Positions 30,702-41,070 of a stretch of DNA of 64,000 nt are shown here, one piece after another. Under the pieces are notes generated by a model that saw nothing but the letters and a program-made list of their open reading frames with translations, ran no database searches and was not told where the DNA came from. The stretch covers positions 1,794,829-1,858,828 of the forward strand of contig CAVSBZ010000005.1 in the NCBI GenBank assembly GCA_963726315.1. Direction: 5' to 3'. This stretch comes from an uncultured Chloroflexia bacterium (GTDB lineage Bacteria > Chloroflexota > Anaerolineae > Anaerolineales > UBA4823). Each line of letters opens with the position of its first letter. The stretch's first letter is position 1. A program made the translations under genes and the position numbers.

Positions 30702-31421
30702 TTACCTCAACCCCAATTTTTTTAATGCATTCTTGGCTGCTACCTTTGCTGCAGCTTGCTTGCTGTGTCCCTGTCCATTCCCATATGCCATGCCATCAAT
30801 GACTACCTGGACTTCGAAGTATTTATTATGGTCCGGACCACTATCACCAACCGTTTGGTAAACTGGTGTTCCATAACCTTTAGATTGTGACCACTCCTGC
30901 AGGATGCTTTTAGGGTGATGCTCGATCTGGTCCTTCATGATTTTCTTTACTGCCACTTCAAGGATTGGGTCCATAAATTTCCACACCCGGTCAACATCCT
31001 GGTCTAAATAGATTGCCCCGATGACAGCTTCAAATGTGGAGCCTAATAAGGGTAAACGCGCCCGGCCACCATTTTCAGCTTCTCCATGACCCAAACGCAT
31101 GGCTGCGCCTAAGTTATAGTCTGCCGCAAATTGCGCCAGCTGTTCGTTACCTACCAGGGCTGCTCTTAATCTGGTGAGCTGACCTTCGGCCATTTCTGGA
31201 AACCGATGATATAACCATGCTGCGACCATAAAATCCAATACAGCATCGCCGAGGAATTCAAGGCGCTCATTATCTTCAACTGCATCTTGATGTTCATTAA
31301 AATATGATCGATGTGTGAGTGCGCGAGCAAGTAATCCCAGGTTATTAAATTCCACACCAATACGTTGAGAAAAATCCTGCGGAGATTCCTCTAGTCGAAT
31401 GCTCCCTAAGGAACTATCCAT
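30702..31421 (-). CDS. rnc: Ribonuclease III
   Basis: 239 aa. Signature ERLEFLGDAVL and C-terminal dsRBD. Confidence 0.9.
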   Translation of the reverse strand: MDSSLGSIRLEESPQDFSQRIGVEFNNLGLLARALTHRSYFNEHQDAVEDNERLEFLGDAVLDFMVAAWLYHRFPEMAEGQLTRLRAALVGNEQLAQFAADYNLGAAMRLGHGEAENGGRARLPLLGSTFEAVIGAIYLDQDVDRVWKFMDPILEVAVKKIMKDQIEHHPKSILQEWSQSKGYGTPVYQTVGDSGPDHNKYFEVQVVIDGMAYGNGQGHSKQAAAKVAAKNALKKLGLR

Positions 31422-31644
31422 AAAATCTCTCCTACGAACTCAGGGAGCGTCAAACACTCTGCTTGTGCCGGGTATTTGGCGATCCATTAGTTCAAATTAA
31501 ACTATAGATTTACACCACTCATATATTATAAGCGATATTATTTTCAAAATTCTTGATTTTGGATAGTATGATACACCAGATGAGCTCCTTCAAGACTAAT
31601 CAAATCCCGTTTTTATTGTCTTACCCAAAATCTTGATAATTGAA

Positions 31645-32337
31645 TTATTCTCGTGGCTGTGGGCGGTACTTTCCCTCAATCCACTCCTCTCCTATGTTGC
31701 TCACCTCTTTTTTCCAGACCGGCACAATTTCTTTAAGTCGATCTATTCCATAGCGTGTTGCATCGAATATCCCGGAATCACGGTGTGAAGAGGAGCATGC
31801 TACGATTACAGAGACCTCTCCGGGCTTTAAGGTGCCAGTCCTTTGCACCAGAGCAACTCCTTCAACATTCTTCCATCTAGTCCGAATTTCCTCACTAATT
31901 TGAATTAATTTTTTTTCCGCCATATCCTGATAAGCTTCGTACTCCAGGTATTCTGTTTGGCGTTCGACTCCCCGGCTGGTTAATCCTCGCACAGTCCCTG
32001 TAAATACACAGGCTGCTCCAGTTGTCGAAATAGTAATCTGTGTGACGATTTCGTTAATATCGAGCTCGTCGCTGGTAATTGAGATAATCGTGGGATAGAT
32101 TACCTTTTCGCTCTCCCCTCCACTGACCGGTGGGAAAATGGCAATCTCGGCCCCATTTGGAACGATATCCTCATCAAAAGCAAACTCGTGGTTAAGAGCA
32201 ACGATAATCGAATCCATGTTCCGCTTCAAGCCAGGAAATTTCTCTAACACCAGCCTTTTTATATCAGAGATGTGAGCTCCACTAGGAAACTCGATCTCTG
32301 ATTTCGCGGACACCTGCACTATCACGCAGTGTGGCAA
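31645..32337 (-). CDS. Molybdopterin synthase, fused MoaD-like and MoaE subunits
   Basis: 230 aa. N-terminal about 75 aa is a ubiquitin-like MoaD ending FPPVSGG, followed directly by a MoaE-like domain. Confidence 0.75.
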   Translation of the reverse strand: MPHCVIVQVSAKSEIEFPSGAHISDIKRLVLEKFPGLKRNMDSIIVALNHEFAFDEDIVPNGAEIAIFPPVSGGESEKVIYPTIISITSDELDINEIVTQITISTTGAACVFTGTVRGLTSRGVERQTEYLEYEAYQDMAEKKLIQISEEIRTRWKNVEGVALVQRTGTLKPGEVSVIVACSSSHRDSGIFDATRYGIDRLKEIVPVWKKEVSNIGEEWIEGKYRPQPRE

Positions 32338-32357
32338 AGAATAACACCTTGCAGTGA

Positions 32358-32843
32358 TTATTCATTAACAATATCTCCGCTCCGTCCACCCGTTTTTTTT
32401 ACCAAGCGAATATTTTGCAGCCGCATGGTCTTTTCAGCAGCTTTCGCCATATCATATACAGTCAAACCAGCTACAGCGACAGCTGTTAGAGCTTCCATCT
32501 CCACACCAGTTTTCGCGATCGTCTTAATTGATGAGATAATTTGTATTCCAGGTAGCTCGCTGTCCATCGTCAGTTCTATCTGGATATCCGTTAATTGTAG
32601 TGGGTGACACAACGGGATCAGATCGGAGGTGCGTTTAGCTGCCATGATACCTGCCACCCTGGCAACGCCAAGCACGTCACCTTTTTTGATCATCCCTGCG
32701 CGGATGAGCTCGAGCGTTTTTAGCTGCATGACTACTTCGCCCCTGGCAATCGCCATCCGTTCGGTAACCTCTTTTTCACCGACGTCAACCATTCTGGCTT
32801 GCCCGGTTTCATCCAGGTGGGTCAATTCTTCTATTGTGGTCAT
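32358..32843 (-). CDS. moaC: Cyclic pyranopterin monophosphate synthase MoaC
   Basis: 161 aa. [18 protein letters not shown] and IPLCHPL motifs. Confidence 0.9.
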   Translation of the reverse strand: MTTIEELTHLDETGQARMVDVGEKEVTERMAIARGEVVMQLKTLELIRAGMIKKGDVLGVARVAGIMAAKRTSDLIPLCHPLQLTDIQIELTMDSELPGIQIISSIKTIAKTGVEMEALTAVAVAGLTVYDMAKAAEKTMRLQNIRLVKKTGGRSGDIVNE

Positions 32844-32849
32844 CTAATC

Positions 32850-33923
32850 TCACCCATTCTTAAACTTTGATAATGATTCACTGAATGGAGGATACGCAAC
32901 ACCTTTTTCTGTGATGATCGCGGTAATATATTTCGCTGGTGTTATATCAAACGCCGGGTTTGCAACGTTTACATAATCCGGTGTAATCTGTTCATCACCA
33001 ATGTGTGTGATCTCATGAGCAGGACGTTCTTCAATGGGTATATCCTCTCCACTAGCGGTTGAAAAATCAATTGTCGTCGTCGGGCCAACAGAATAAAAAG
33101 CCACCCCGTGGGCTGAGGCTGCCAGTGCCAGGTTGTAGCTACCAATCTTATTCGCAACATCTCCATTGGACGCTATTCGGTCACACCCCACCAGGCAGGC
33201 ATCAATCCTTGTCTTGTGCATAAAATATCCCGATGCGCCGTCAACGATCACTGTATGCGGAATTCCCAATTGCACCAACTCCCAGGAGGTTAATCTTGAT
33301 CCTTGTAATCGTGGACGAGTCTCATCAACGTAGACATGGATAATCTTTCCTCTCTCATGCGCAAGCCTGATCACACCTAATGCGGTACCTATACCAGCCG
33401 TTGCTAATGCCCCCGTATTACAATGATGTATCAAATTCGCCCGATCTGGTATAAACTCTTGGCCATTCTGAGCTATCTGTAAATCCATTTGAATATCTTC
33501 ATCGGCGATTTTATGAGCTTCCTGAAGGACCATTTCTTTTAGCTGATCAATCTCTCGGTAACCAGCTTGTTCTATGATCCGATCAATTCGCTTGATTGAT
33601 GCAGACAGGTTCACTGCGGTTGGACGCGCTCTACCAAGCTCAATTGATGCATTATTTAACTCACTAATCAGTTCCTTCGTATCGACAGCTTTACTATTGG
33701 TAGCCTGCAACGCTAATCCGTACGCTGCTGCGACACCAATAGCCGGTGCTCCTCGTACGACCATATCCCTGATTGCCCCAGCCACGTCACTGCTGCTGGT
33801 GAAATCACGGTACACAACTTGACCTGGCAGCAGTCGCTGGTCCAACATTCTCACCCTGCCATTTACCCAGCGGATGGAGAAATATTCACTCATCCAGTCC
33901 TCCAGTTTAGAGCCAATGGGCAA
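32850..33923 (-). CDS. mtnA: S-methyl-5-thioribose-1-phosphate isomerase (eIF-2B alpha/beta/delta family)
   Basis: 357 aa with MtnA-like sequence throughout (RGAPAIGVAAAYG, HCNTGALAT, VGCDRIASNGD). Confidence 0.85.
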   Translation of the reverse strand: MPIGSKLEDWMSEYFSIRWVNGRVRMLDQRLLPGQVVYRDFTSSSDVAGAIRDMVVRGAPAIGVAAAYGLALQATNSKAVDTKELISELNNASIELGRARPTAVNLSASIKRIDRIIEQAGYREIDQLKEMVLQEAHKIADEDIQMDLQIAQNGQEFIPDRANLIHHCNTGALATAGIGTALGVIRLAHERGKIIHVYVDETRPRLQGSRLTSWELVQLGIPHTVIVDGASGYFMHKTRIDACLVGCDRIASNGDVANKIGSYNLALAASAHGVAFYSVGPTTTIDFSTASGEDIPIEERPAHEITHIGDEQITPDYVNVANPAFDITPAKYITAIITEKGVAYPPFSESLSKFKNG

Positions 33924-33962
33924 TTATAAACCCTGTTTCCCGCATGTTATAATACCCGACCG

Positions 33963-34871
33963 ATGAATAATATCCTATCTAAATGGAAAACTGGGTTATC
34001 CCGTACCAGTAAAGCAACCTTTGGGCAGCTGGCAACGCTGTTCGGCGCTACAGAAATAAGCGACGATACGTGGGAAAGGCTGGAAGCTCTCCTGATCCAC
34101 TCCGATATTGGTGTGGATACAACCATTAATATCATCGATAAGCTCGAAGATCGTGTTGACCGCGAAGGTATCACAAAGGAAAGCGACCTGAATGACATGT
34201 TGCGTTTGGAGCTACGGGCTCACCTTGAAACGCCTCCAGCGATCCAGTTCACGGAAAAACCCGCCATCATCTTGATCGTTGGGGTGAACGGTTCGGGGAA
34301 AACCACCACCATCGCCAAGCTGGGCAAAAGGTTTTCCAACGAGGGTAAGCAGGTGATTTTAGGCGCCGCTGATACTTTTCGCGCTGCAGGTGTCGATCAG
34401 CTCGAAATATGGGCTGACAGGATTAACTTACCTGTTATTAGTGGTCAGCTCGGTGGAGATGCAGGTGCGGTTGCCTTCGACACTGTCCAGGCAGCCATCG
34501 CCCGTAAAACTGATATCGCCATCATCGATACTGCTGGTCGCCTTCACACCCGTTTCAATTTGATGGAAGAGCTAAAAAAAGTTCATCGTGTCGTAGGTAA
34601 AGCCTTGGTAGGCGCCCCACACGCAGTATGGCTGGTGATGGACGCCACTACGGGTCAAAATGCGCTCCAGCAAGCACGGGCATTCAAAGAGGCGGTAAAA
34701 ATCACCGGTATTATCCTGGCTAAACTGGATTCATCTGCACGAGGTGGAATGGCGTTATCGATTCAAAAGGAGCTGGGATTACCGATACTGTTTGCAGGTC
34801 TTGGCGAACAGCCGGATGATTTGCAACCTTTTGATCCAGATATGTTCATATCTGGGTTGATCCAGGAATAA
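33963..34871 (+). CDS. ftsY: Signal-recognition-particle receptor FtsY
   Basis: 302 aa. NG domain with GVNGSGKTTT, DTAGR and TKLD-like AKLD motifs. Confidence 0.9.
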   Translation: MNNILSKWKTGLSRTSKATFGQLATLFGATEISDDTWERLEALLIHSDIGVDTTINIIDKLEDRVDREGITKESDLNDMLRLELRAHLETPPAIQFTEKPAIILIVGVNGSGKTTTIAKLGKRFSNEGKQVILGAADTFRAAGVDQLEIWADRINLPVISGQLGGDAGAVAFDTVQAAIARKTDIAIIDTAGRLHTRFNLMEELKKVHRVVGKALVGAPHAVWLVMDATTGQNALQQARAFKEAVKITGIILAKLDSSARGGMALSIQKELGLPILFAGLGEQPDDLQPFDPDMFISGLIQE

Positions 34872-34895
34872 TCAATCATCGGGGAGACCGTACAA

Positions 34896-35991
34896 ATGCA
34901 AGATTTAATTGATCGTCTAACTACTGCTCAATCTCGTATCCAAAGCTTATTGGTGCGTCTTTGACGTACAAGAAAAAGAGATAGAACTCTCTCGCCTACA
35001 AACCCAATCCGAACAAAATGACTTCTGGCTGGATACTGATTTAGCCCAGCGGGTGATGAAGCGGATGTCCTCCCTTCGGCAAGTCGTCGATGAATGGAAT
35101 AAGCTCTCAGGAAGTGCTGCATACCTGATGGAGCTTGCCCAGTTGGATGATGAATCGCTCCGCCCGGATATTACCAGGGATCTCGAAGAAATAGAAAAAG
35201 ACATCGAAAAGCGGGAATTTGATGTACTTTTATCAGGCAAGTATGACCCGAATAACGCCCTTCTGGCAATCCATTCCGGAGCAGGAGGAGTCGATGCTCA
35301 GGATTGGACTCAAATGCTTGAGCGAATGTATCTCCGTTGGGCAGAAAATAGAGGTTTTAAGTCGGAAATTCTCGATCTAAGTGAAGGTGAAGAAGCTGGA
35401 ATAAAGAGCGTGACTATTGCTATTAATGGCGATTATGCTTATGGTTACCTCCGACCTGAGAAAGGCGTGCATCGATTAGTCAGGTTGTCTCCTTTTGATG
35501 CTGCCCATCGCCGGCATACTTCATTTGCCCTGGTAGAAGTGCTTCCGGAAGTAGATGATGATACCGAGATCGCTATTAATCCCGACGACTTACGTATCGA
35601 TAATTACATTTCCTCAGGCGCAGGAGGACAGAACGTTCAAAAAAATGCCACGGCGGTCCGTATTACGCATATCCCTACCGGAATTGTGGTGACCTGCCAG
35701 AATGAGCGCTCACAGACGCAGAACCGCGAGAATGCAATGCGTGTTTTACGCTCGAGGTTAGCCGAATTGAAAGAGGAAGAACACGCAGCGACATTGAGTG
35801 AGCTGCGGGGAGAATATAAAAAAGCTGAATGGGGGAGTCAAATCCGCTCCTATGTGCTTCATCCCTACCAAATGGTCAAGGACCACCGAACAGATTACGA
35901 AGTTGGTAATGCTCAGGGCGTGCTTAATGGTGATATCGACGGGTTCATTGAAGCTTATCTCCGCTCGAATCTCAGCAATGTTAAAAATTAA
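34896..35991 (+). CDS. prfB: Peptide chain release factor 2, requires programmed +1 frameshift
   Basis: ORF0 runs 34896-34961 (MQDLIDRLTTAQSRIQSLLVRL) and ends in CTT TGA C. The +1 frame from 34963 continues DVQEKEIELSRLQ... into the 35053-35991 ORF, which carries SPF and GGQ motifs. Total 1096 nt = 365 codons + 1 nt. Confidence 0.92.
34959..34965 (+). promoter_or_regulatory. RF2 autoregulatory +1 frameshift site CTT TGA C
   Basis: Exact match to the canonical prfB shift site. In-frame TGA at 34962-64 followed by C. Confidence 0.9.
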
Positions 35992-38509
35992 TCCAACCAC
36001 ACGTCAGATAACCAAATATTACCAGAGAAAATTCTCCAACACGAAATATTTTGCGTTAATCACTCTTCTTTTTTTTCTTATGGTTAGTTCTTCGGGCTGC
36101 GTGACCCTGGCTGATCCTGAAGCATCACAGGAATATACCGCCGACACGGTTGGTATATTGGATGGACAAACGAGTTTGGGTCAAAGTTTTATTTCACGAC
36201 GTCCAAATTTAAATGGCATTACCCTTTGGGTGACGTCTACACCTGATCCGGAGAATTCCGCATCTCGCCGAATAAACAATTCCCTTAAAGTCAGGTTATT
36301 CCACACCATTGGCGATGCTGCACCAATCTATTCCACTTCAATAAACACTCCAGGCTCTGCCAATAAAATCCCCATTTCGATACCCATATCAGGATTGGAA
36401 GATCCTGCCGGACAAAACTATTATCTGCTCCTTACCGTAGAATCCGGTACGGTCAAAGTTAATGGGCGTCTCGAGGATGCTTACCCTCACGGTCAAGTGT
36501 ACCTAAGCGATAGCCCGGTCAATGCGGATATCGCTTTTCGGCTTAGTTATAACTACGATCTGCCAGCCTTTCTGCAAGACTTAATATTATATTTATCGAG
36601 TAGCTGGATCATTCTCCCTTTGTTGGTCTTATTATGGCTACCCGGCAGGCTTCTATTAGATGTATCCGGTCTTCGTCCGCGGTTTGATCTGGGTGAACAA
36701 ATTGCAATATCCACCGGGCTCAGCCTGGCATTGATACCAGTGATCATGATATGGACGACAGTTTTGAATGCAAAATGGTCGCGGGAAGCAGTATTGTTTG
36801 TTGCCGGTCTCCTAGTCGCCTTATTTATCGTTCGTTTGACCTATGTTCATTTGCACACCTCAAGAAGGAAAAATGAATCAGGCCATACAATGCCTGGTGC
36901 AAGACCTTCTTTCCGTCAACGATTTTCTGTTTTAATTTCAAACCATGGACTTGTGCTGATCTTGATCTTCCTGGCTAGTCTGCTCGTCCGTCTGGTCACA
37001 GTCCGTGACCTGGCTACTCCAGCTTGGGTTGATGCGGTCCACCATGCCCTGGTCACACGCTTAATTTTAGCGAATGGCGCCTATCCTTCATCCTATTTAC
37101 CATACCTGAATATTACTCCCACGGTTTACCATCCCGGCTTCCATAGCATCGCCGCATCTTTTGTATGGCTCACCAACGTAGACCTTGCCCAATCCTTATT
37201 GATATTGGGTCAGGTATTAAATGCTTGCAGCGTATTTTCTGTTTACCTTATAACCAAGACGCTCACACGTAGCTTGAGCGCAGGTCTCTTTGCTGCCTTC
37301 ATCACCGGTTTTCTCACCCCCATGCCTGCCTATTACACAAGCTGGAGCAGATTTACAGAATTGACTGGCTTGTTGCTGTTGCCAGTGGTCCTTGCAATGC
37401 TCCAAAGTTGGCTGGACGGGAAAGCTGATAAGATATTACTTTGGTTATTAGGCCTTGGTGCTATCACTGCTGCTGGTCTATTCATGATTCATTACCGTGT
37501 AGTGGCCTTCCTGGGTTGTTTGATTCTAGTATATTTGGTGTTCTACTTTGCTTTTGAACGCCAACCTGATCAGGTTAGATCTGGCCCGGTACTGTTATTC
37601 ATTACAGCTATGGCACTTCTAAGTATCATATTTATCCTCCCTTGGTTCATCCCGACCTTAAAATCTACTTTTTTACCCAGGTTGAGTACACCAGTCATTG
37701 GATCTGTGCGACTATTCCAGGATTTCTCCTGGCCTTACTTGACCTCCGCACTTGGAAAGCAGGCTATCGCCTTAGCCGGACTGGGTCTTCTCTGGAGCAT
37801 CATAAAGAAGTGGAAGGTAGCGTTCGTCATTACTTTTTGGGTCCTATTGTTGTTCATCCTGGCAAATTTAGACGTCCTAAAACTACCTGGAAGCGGGTTG
37901 ATAACAAATATTTCTGTGGAGATCATCCTTTTTATCCCCATATCCATCCTGGGTGGGTATTTTATCTCCCAGGTTATTGAGAATTGGAAAGAGTTCATCC
38001 CATCGAGGCTCAACATTTTAGCCTACGCATTTCTCCTCATATTATTTGGGTGTATGGCATATCTAGGATCTAGGCAATTGGTGGCGATTCTGAACCCGAT
38101 TACCATCCTTTCAAGGCAGGCTGATTTACCTGCTATTGATTGGGTTTCCGACCACATCCCGGAAGATGAAACCATCGTAATTAACCCCTTCGCCTGGGGT
38201 TACGGATTATATGGTGGTAACGATGGCGGGTACTGGATCGAGCCATTGACAGGTCGGTTAACTTTTACGCCCCCTGTCCTTTATGGCTTGGGCAGTGGGT
38301 CCAAGGAAATCAACCTGCTATCACAAGAAATTATCTCTACCAGCAACGATCCTGCTGCGTTAAGAGAGTTTATGATCACCCAAGATCTGCATTATATATT
38401 TACTGGTGCCAGGGGCGGGGTTATCCCTCCCGAGAAATTAGCCACCAGCGGCTTATTCGACACACTATACCGTCAAGATGGGGTATGGATCCTGGGTGTA
38501 AAACCTTGA
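35978..38509 (+). CDS. Large polytopic membrane protein (possibly GT-C-type glycosyltransferase), lipoprotein-like N-terminus
   Basis: ATG at 35978 gives MLKINPTTRQ...LLFFLMVSSSGC, then a soluble domain of about 200 aa and more than 12 predicted TM helices. The ORF-track start at 35798 lies inside prfB and is rejected. Function is a guess. Confidence 0.65.
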   Translation: MLKINPTTRQITKYYQRKFSNTKYFALITLLFFLMVSSSGCVTLADPEASQEYTADTVGILDGQTSLGQSFISRRPNLNGITLWVTSTPDPENSASRRINNSLKVRLFHTIGDAAPIYSTSINTPGSANKIPISIPISGLEDPAGQNYYLLLTVESGTVKVNGRLEDAYPHGQVYLSDSPVNADIAFRLSYNYDLPAFLQDLILYLSSSWIILPLLVLLWLPGRLLLDVSGLRPRFDLGEQIAISTGLSLALIPVIMIWTTVLNAKWSREAVLFVAGLLVALFIVRLTYVHLHTSRRKNESGHTMPGARPSFRQRFSVLISNHGLVLILIFLASLLVRLVTVRDLATPAWVDAVHHALVTRLILANGAYPSSYLPYLNITPTVYHPGFHSIAASFVWLTNVDLAQSLLILGQVLNACSVFSVYLITKTLTRSLSAGLFAAFITGFLTPMPAYYTSWSRFTELTGLLLLPVVLAMLQSWLDGKADKILLWLLGLGAITAAGLFMIHYRVVAFLGCLILVYLVFYFAFERQPDQVRSGPVLLFITAMALLSIIFILPWFIPTLKSTFLPRLSTPVIGSVRLFQDFSWPYLTSALGKQAIALAGLGLLWSIIKKWKVAFVITFWVLLLFILANLDVLKLPGSGLITNISVEIILFIPISILGGYFISQVIENWKEFIPSRLNILAYAFLLILFGCMAYLGSRQLVAILNPITILSRQADLPAIDWVSDHIPEDETIVINPFAWGYGLYGGNDGGYWIEPLTGRLTFTPPVLYGLGSGSKEINLLSQEIISTSNDPAALREFMITQDLHYIFTGARGGVIPPEKLATSGLFDTLYRQDGVWILGVKP

Positions 38510-38542
38510 CAGTCTAGACACACGAATATATAATCATCGCCT

Positions 38543-38570
38543 ACCTGCCCTCATGGGCAGGTGTTATTGT
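38543..38570 (+). terminator. Hairpin after the membrane-protein gene (terminator or rpmF leader structure)
   Basis: Stem ACCTGCCC / GGGCAGGT (8 bp) with loop TCAT, then GTTATTGTG. The U-tract is weak. Confidence 0.4.
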
Positions 38571-38633
38571 GAGTTCACATCGAAGGCAATTCCAGACCAG
38601 GTCTTGCCAATTGAATTAGATAGGAGAATCTTC

Positions 38634-38825
38634 ATGACGCCCCAACCAAAAAGAAAGCACTCTTCTGGTAGACGCGATCGCCGGCGAGCCCATGATGCAT
38701 TGGCATATCCAAACCTGGTTGTTTGCAGCAACTGTGGGGAGATGCGCTTACCGCATCGAGTATGTCCAAATTGCGGTCATTTCAAAGGCCGAGAGATCAT
38801 CGAGATCAAAGAAGAAAAGAAGTAA
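38634..38825 (+). CDS. rpmF: 50S ribosomal protein L32
   Basis: 63 aa. MTPQPKRKHSSGRRDRRRAHDAL... with a CxxC...CxxC zinc ribbon. TAGGAG 7 nt upstream of ATG 38634. The track start at 38553 is an extension. Confidence 0.9.
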   Translation: MTPQPKRKHSSGRRDRRRAHDALAYPNLVVCSNCGEMRLPHRVCPNCGHFKGREIIEIKEEKK

Positions 38826-38877
38826 TTATGAAACGGGCCGTGAATTTCACGGCTCGTGAATTTTTAACTCGACCGCC

Positions 38878-39813
38878 ATGAACAACCGAAAAATCGCATT
38901 TTTATTCCCCGGGCAAGGATCTCAATCCATAGGAATGGGGCAATCACTCGCCCAAGTTTACCCTGCCGCAGGTGAAATATTCAGGCAGGCTGATGAGATC
39001 CTGGGTTTTCCTCTCTCGCAAATCGCCTGGGAAGGGCCGGAAGATTGTCTAAACGATACGATTAACACCCAACCTGCTTTATTCACCCACTCAATTGCGG
39101 TTCTAGAAGTTATCCGTTCTATAAATCTTGATCTTCTGCCTGCCTATCATGCCGGTCATTCCATGGGTGAGCTAAGCGCCCTGGTTGCAGCTGGTGCAGT
39201 TACTTTCAGCGATGGCTTACGCCTGGTCAGAGCTCGCGGTGAATTGATGAAACGCGCTGGTGATGTTGCCCCCGGTGGCATGGCAGCCATCCTTGGTCTG
39301 GAAATTCCTCAAATCGAGGCGCTTTGCCTTCAAGCCAGCACACCATCAGAGATTGTTCAAGTTGCAAACGATAATTGCCCAGGTCAGGTGGTGATCTCTG
39401 GCTCAAATGCTGCCCTCGACCGAGTTCAACCTTTGCTTGATCAGGCAGGTGCAAGGCGGGTTATCCGTCTGGCAGTCAGTATTGCCGCCCATTCTCCCTA
39501 CATGGCCACATCACAGCAAGATTTTAATCAGGCAATTGCTTCGACCTTGATCAGAAATCCATTAGTACCGATTATTAGTAACATAACTGCACTGCCAATG
39601 TTGGCTGCCGATGAGATAAAAAATGATTTACAGAATCAGCTCACTCACCGTGTACGTTGGACAGAATCGGTAAAAAGGCTTATCTCGGAAGGTATATCGG
39701 AGTTCTTTGAGATCGGGAATGGCTCGGTATTAAGTGGACTGGTCAAGCGCATCGACCGCAATGTTGCTGCTTCCACGCTTGGCTCATCAGCAGACTTCCA
39801 GCACATCCAATAA
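38878..39813 (+). CDS. fabD: Malonyl-CoA:ACP transacylase
   Basis: 311 aa. FPGQGSQ and active-site GHSMGE. Confidence 0.9.
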   Translation: MNNRKIAFLFPGQGSQSIGMGQSLAQVYPAAGEIFRQADEILGFPLSQIAWEGPEDCLNDTINTQPALFTHSIAVLEVIRSINLDLLPAYHAGHSMGELSALVAAGAVTFSDGLRLVRARGELMKRAGDVAPGGMAAILGLEIPQIEALCLQASTPSEIVQVANDNCPGQVVISGSNAALDRVQPLLDQAGARRVIRLAVSIAAHSPYMATSQQDFNQAIASTLIRNPLVPIISNITALPMLAADEIKNDLQNQLTHRVRWTESVKRLISEGISEFFEIGNGSVLSGLVKRIDRNVAASTLGSSADFQHIQ

Positions 39814-39913
39814 ACATTAACCAAGCTGTAAGAATCCTCTCAACCCTGCCTTAATCTCTATTAGTGTATAATATTGTGGCTCTGATTAGATTATACTGTT
39901 TGAGGAGTCTGTC

Positions 39914-40678
39914 ATGCTAAAGGTGGATTTTTGTTCCCTTGAAGGACGTGTTGCAGTTGTGACCGGTGGTGCCAGGGGTATCGGTAGAGCAATCGTGGAA
40001 AAATTAGCCGGTTTGGGTGCCGATGTAGTCATTGCCGATATGCTGGTCGATCTGGCTGAAAAATCAGCCGAAGAAATCCACCAGATGACGGGTAGAAAAA
40101 TAACCGCCGTGCAAGTTAATGTAACTGACGGCAAATCAGCATCAGAATTGATCGAAAAAACGCTTCTAGAGTTTGGAAAAGTAGATATATTGGTCAACAA
40201 TGCCGGGATTACCCGCGACACCTTGATCCTGCGCATGGATGAAGCTGATTGGGATGCCGTCTTAGATGTAAACCTTAAAGGTGTATTCAACTGTTCAAAA
40301 GCAGTCGTTCGACCCATGATGAAACAGCGCTATGGTCGCATCGTTAACATATCTTCCGTCTCAGGTCAGGCTGGCCAGGCCGGACAGACTAACTATTCAG
40401 CTTCTAAGGCAGGCGTGATTGGATTTACCAAAGCGCTTGCCCGTGAGGTTGCCTCGCGCCAGATCACGGTGAATGCTGTAGCCCCAGGATTTATCCCCAC
40501 CGCACTTACGAATGAATTATCGGATGAGCTCAAGAATTCCATCCTTAGTGCTACGCCAGCTGGACGCATGGGAAAACCGGAAGAAGTTGCCGCTGCTGTA
40601 GCTTTCCTGGCCTCCGAGGAGGCAGCCTACATCAACGGTCAAGTATTGGCAGTTGATGGCGGCATGGCAATGATGTAA
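39914..40678 (+). CDS. fabG: 3-oxoacyl-ACP reductase
   Basis: 254 aa SDR. TGGARGIG, NNAG and YSASKAG motifs. Confidence 0.85.
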   Translation: MLKVDFCSLEGRVAVVTGGARGIGRAIVEKLAGLGADVVIADMLVDLAEKSAEEIHQMTGRKITAVQVNVTDGKSASELIEKTLLEFGKVDILVNNAGITRDTLILRMDEADWDAVLDVNLKGVFNCSKAVVRPMMKQRYGRIVNISSVSGQAGQAGQTNYSASKAGVIGFTKALAREVASRQITVNAVAPGFIPTALTNELSDELKNSILSATPAGRMGKPEEVAAAVAFLASEEAAYINGQVLAVDGGMAMM

Positions 40679-40679
40679 T

Positions 40680-41066
40680 ATGAAGCCATCTGAAATGGAG
40701 CCTACGATGAAAGATGATGCCACAGCACAGGGAGCGACCACCATCGCCCCGGATGTCCTGTTAACGATTGCCCAATTAACCACGATGAATGTGAATGGTG
40801 TTAGCCGCCTCAGCCATGTTCAGACACCCGTTAACCGGTTGCTCAAGCGAGCTCAAAAGCGAGAGGGTGTCATGATCGAGGTGATAGATGACGTAGTGTA
40901 TATTGATATATACGTCATCTTAAATAGCGATGTCAACGTCCGCGATGTGAGCCATAATATTCAACATGAAGTCTCCCGGGCAATCTCAGAAATGGTCGGT
41001 ATGATTGTTGGTCGGGTAAATATACATATCGAAGATATCGACTACCCTTCGGAGGTAGAGACTTAA
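40680..41066 (+). CDS. Asp23/Gls24-family envelope-stress protein
   Basis: 128 aa. Family-typical TIAPDVLLTIA...GV core. The usual position upstream of nusB. Confidence 0.75.
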   Translation: MKPSEMEPTMKDDATAQGATTIAPDVLLTIAQLTTMNVNGVSRLSHVQTPVNRLLKRAQKREGVMIEVIDDVVYIDIYVILNSDVNVRDVSHNIQHEVSRAISEMVGMIVGRVNIHIEDIDYPSEVET

Positions 41067-41070
41067 CCCA

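Noticed and set aside
35798-35977. N-terminal extension of the membrane-protein ORF into prfB
   Set aside because: The extension is an alternative frame of the conserved RF2 C-terminus. ATG 35978 gives a normal signal/lipobox N-terminus.
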